Shown in pieces: positions 63,516 through 64,000 of a DNA stretch of 64,000 nt. The stretch spans positions 226,093 to 290,092 of the forward strand of contig NW_019218190.1 of assembly GCF_002571385.2 (NCBI RefSeq), read 5' to 3'. This DNA is from Stylophora pistillata (Eukaryota). The position numbers were made by a program, and so were the translations under genes. The notes below the pieces were generated by a model, which was not told the origin of the DNA, made no database searches, and worked only from the letters and a program-made list of their open reading frames with translations. How positions within the stretch are numbered: the first letter of the stretch is position 1; the number at the start of each line of letters is the position of its first letter.

Positions 63516-64000
63516 ATTTTAACCATCTAATGACCCATTCAATTAACACAATTGTGTATAATGCAATTATCAGGCAATTTTAACTGTGAACCAGTCACAG
63601 AGGATGGCAGAACAAAGTTAGTGAGGTCCCCAATTATCCCAAAAATGGAAAATAAGTCACGACAGGTCAACCCCTTTTCAACCCCTCTCCCATCTGCGTA
63701 CATGTATAGCACCTATTAATTGACTGTGTATGCACTGTTCAATGTGACTTCACTGCCTCCCTCCCCCACCCACCCTCTCACTTTAAAAGCCCCCCCCATC
63801 TATCCCTATAAATGGTTAGCCCCTTGAGTAGGACCTTTATACTATTCCCATTTGTTTCTTTTAGAAACAGAAGATTGAGGAGTAAACTAACAGAAGTGAA
63901 ATATCTTAAAACAATTTCATTGCTCCACTGTTTCCTCCTTGACAAACAGTTGACTTTACTCTAACTTTCAGTCTCTTCTGGGATATCTCCTAAGGGTTCA

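Noticed and set aside
63961-64000. C-terminal end of a further minus-strand gene (EPLGDIPEETES*)
   Set aside because: Only 13 codons at the window edge; cannot be distinguished from chance.

Overview
AT-rich, intron-containing, repeat-rich eukaryotic DNA. The repeat families suggest a cnidarian, probably a stony coral (inference). Positions ~0.4-54 kb hold a tandem array of 11 same-strand (+) paralogues of a membrane-protein gene I cannot assign to any named family. Each has two coding exons joined in phase 0. Exon A encodes a signal peptide and a Cys-rich ectodomain. Exon B starts LQDL and encodes a stalk, seven predicted TM helices and a variable Ser/Pro-rich tail, often ending in E-S-x-V, a class I PDZ ligand. 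Six copies have open reading frames through the TM domain, and five are pseudogenes. The array has three sub-clades and shows block duplication with reciprocal gene loss, microhomology-type deletions, tail-length changes and many TE insertions (Penelope-like elements with hammerhead-like motifs, LINE fragments, tRNA-SINEs, solo-LTR-like inserts, nested Tc1/pogo elements, MITEs). To the right, on the minus strand, are an intact 3-exon PHPT1 gene (125 aa) and a ~950-codon WD40-type gene interrupted by one in-frame stop. All coordinates, alignments and TM calls were made by eye; no database search was run.
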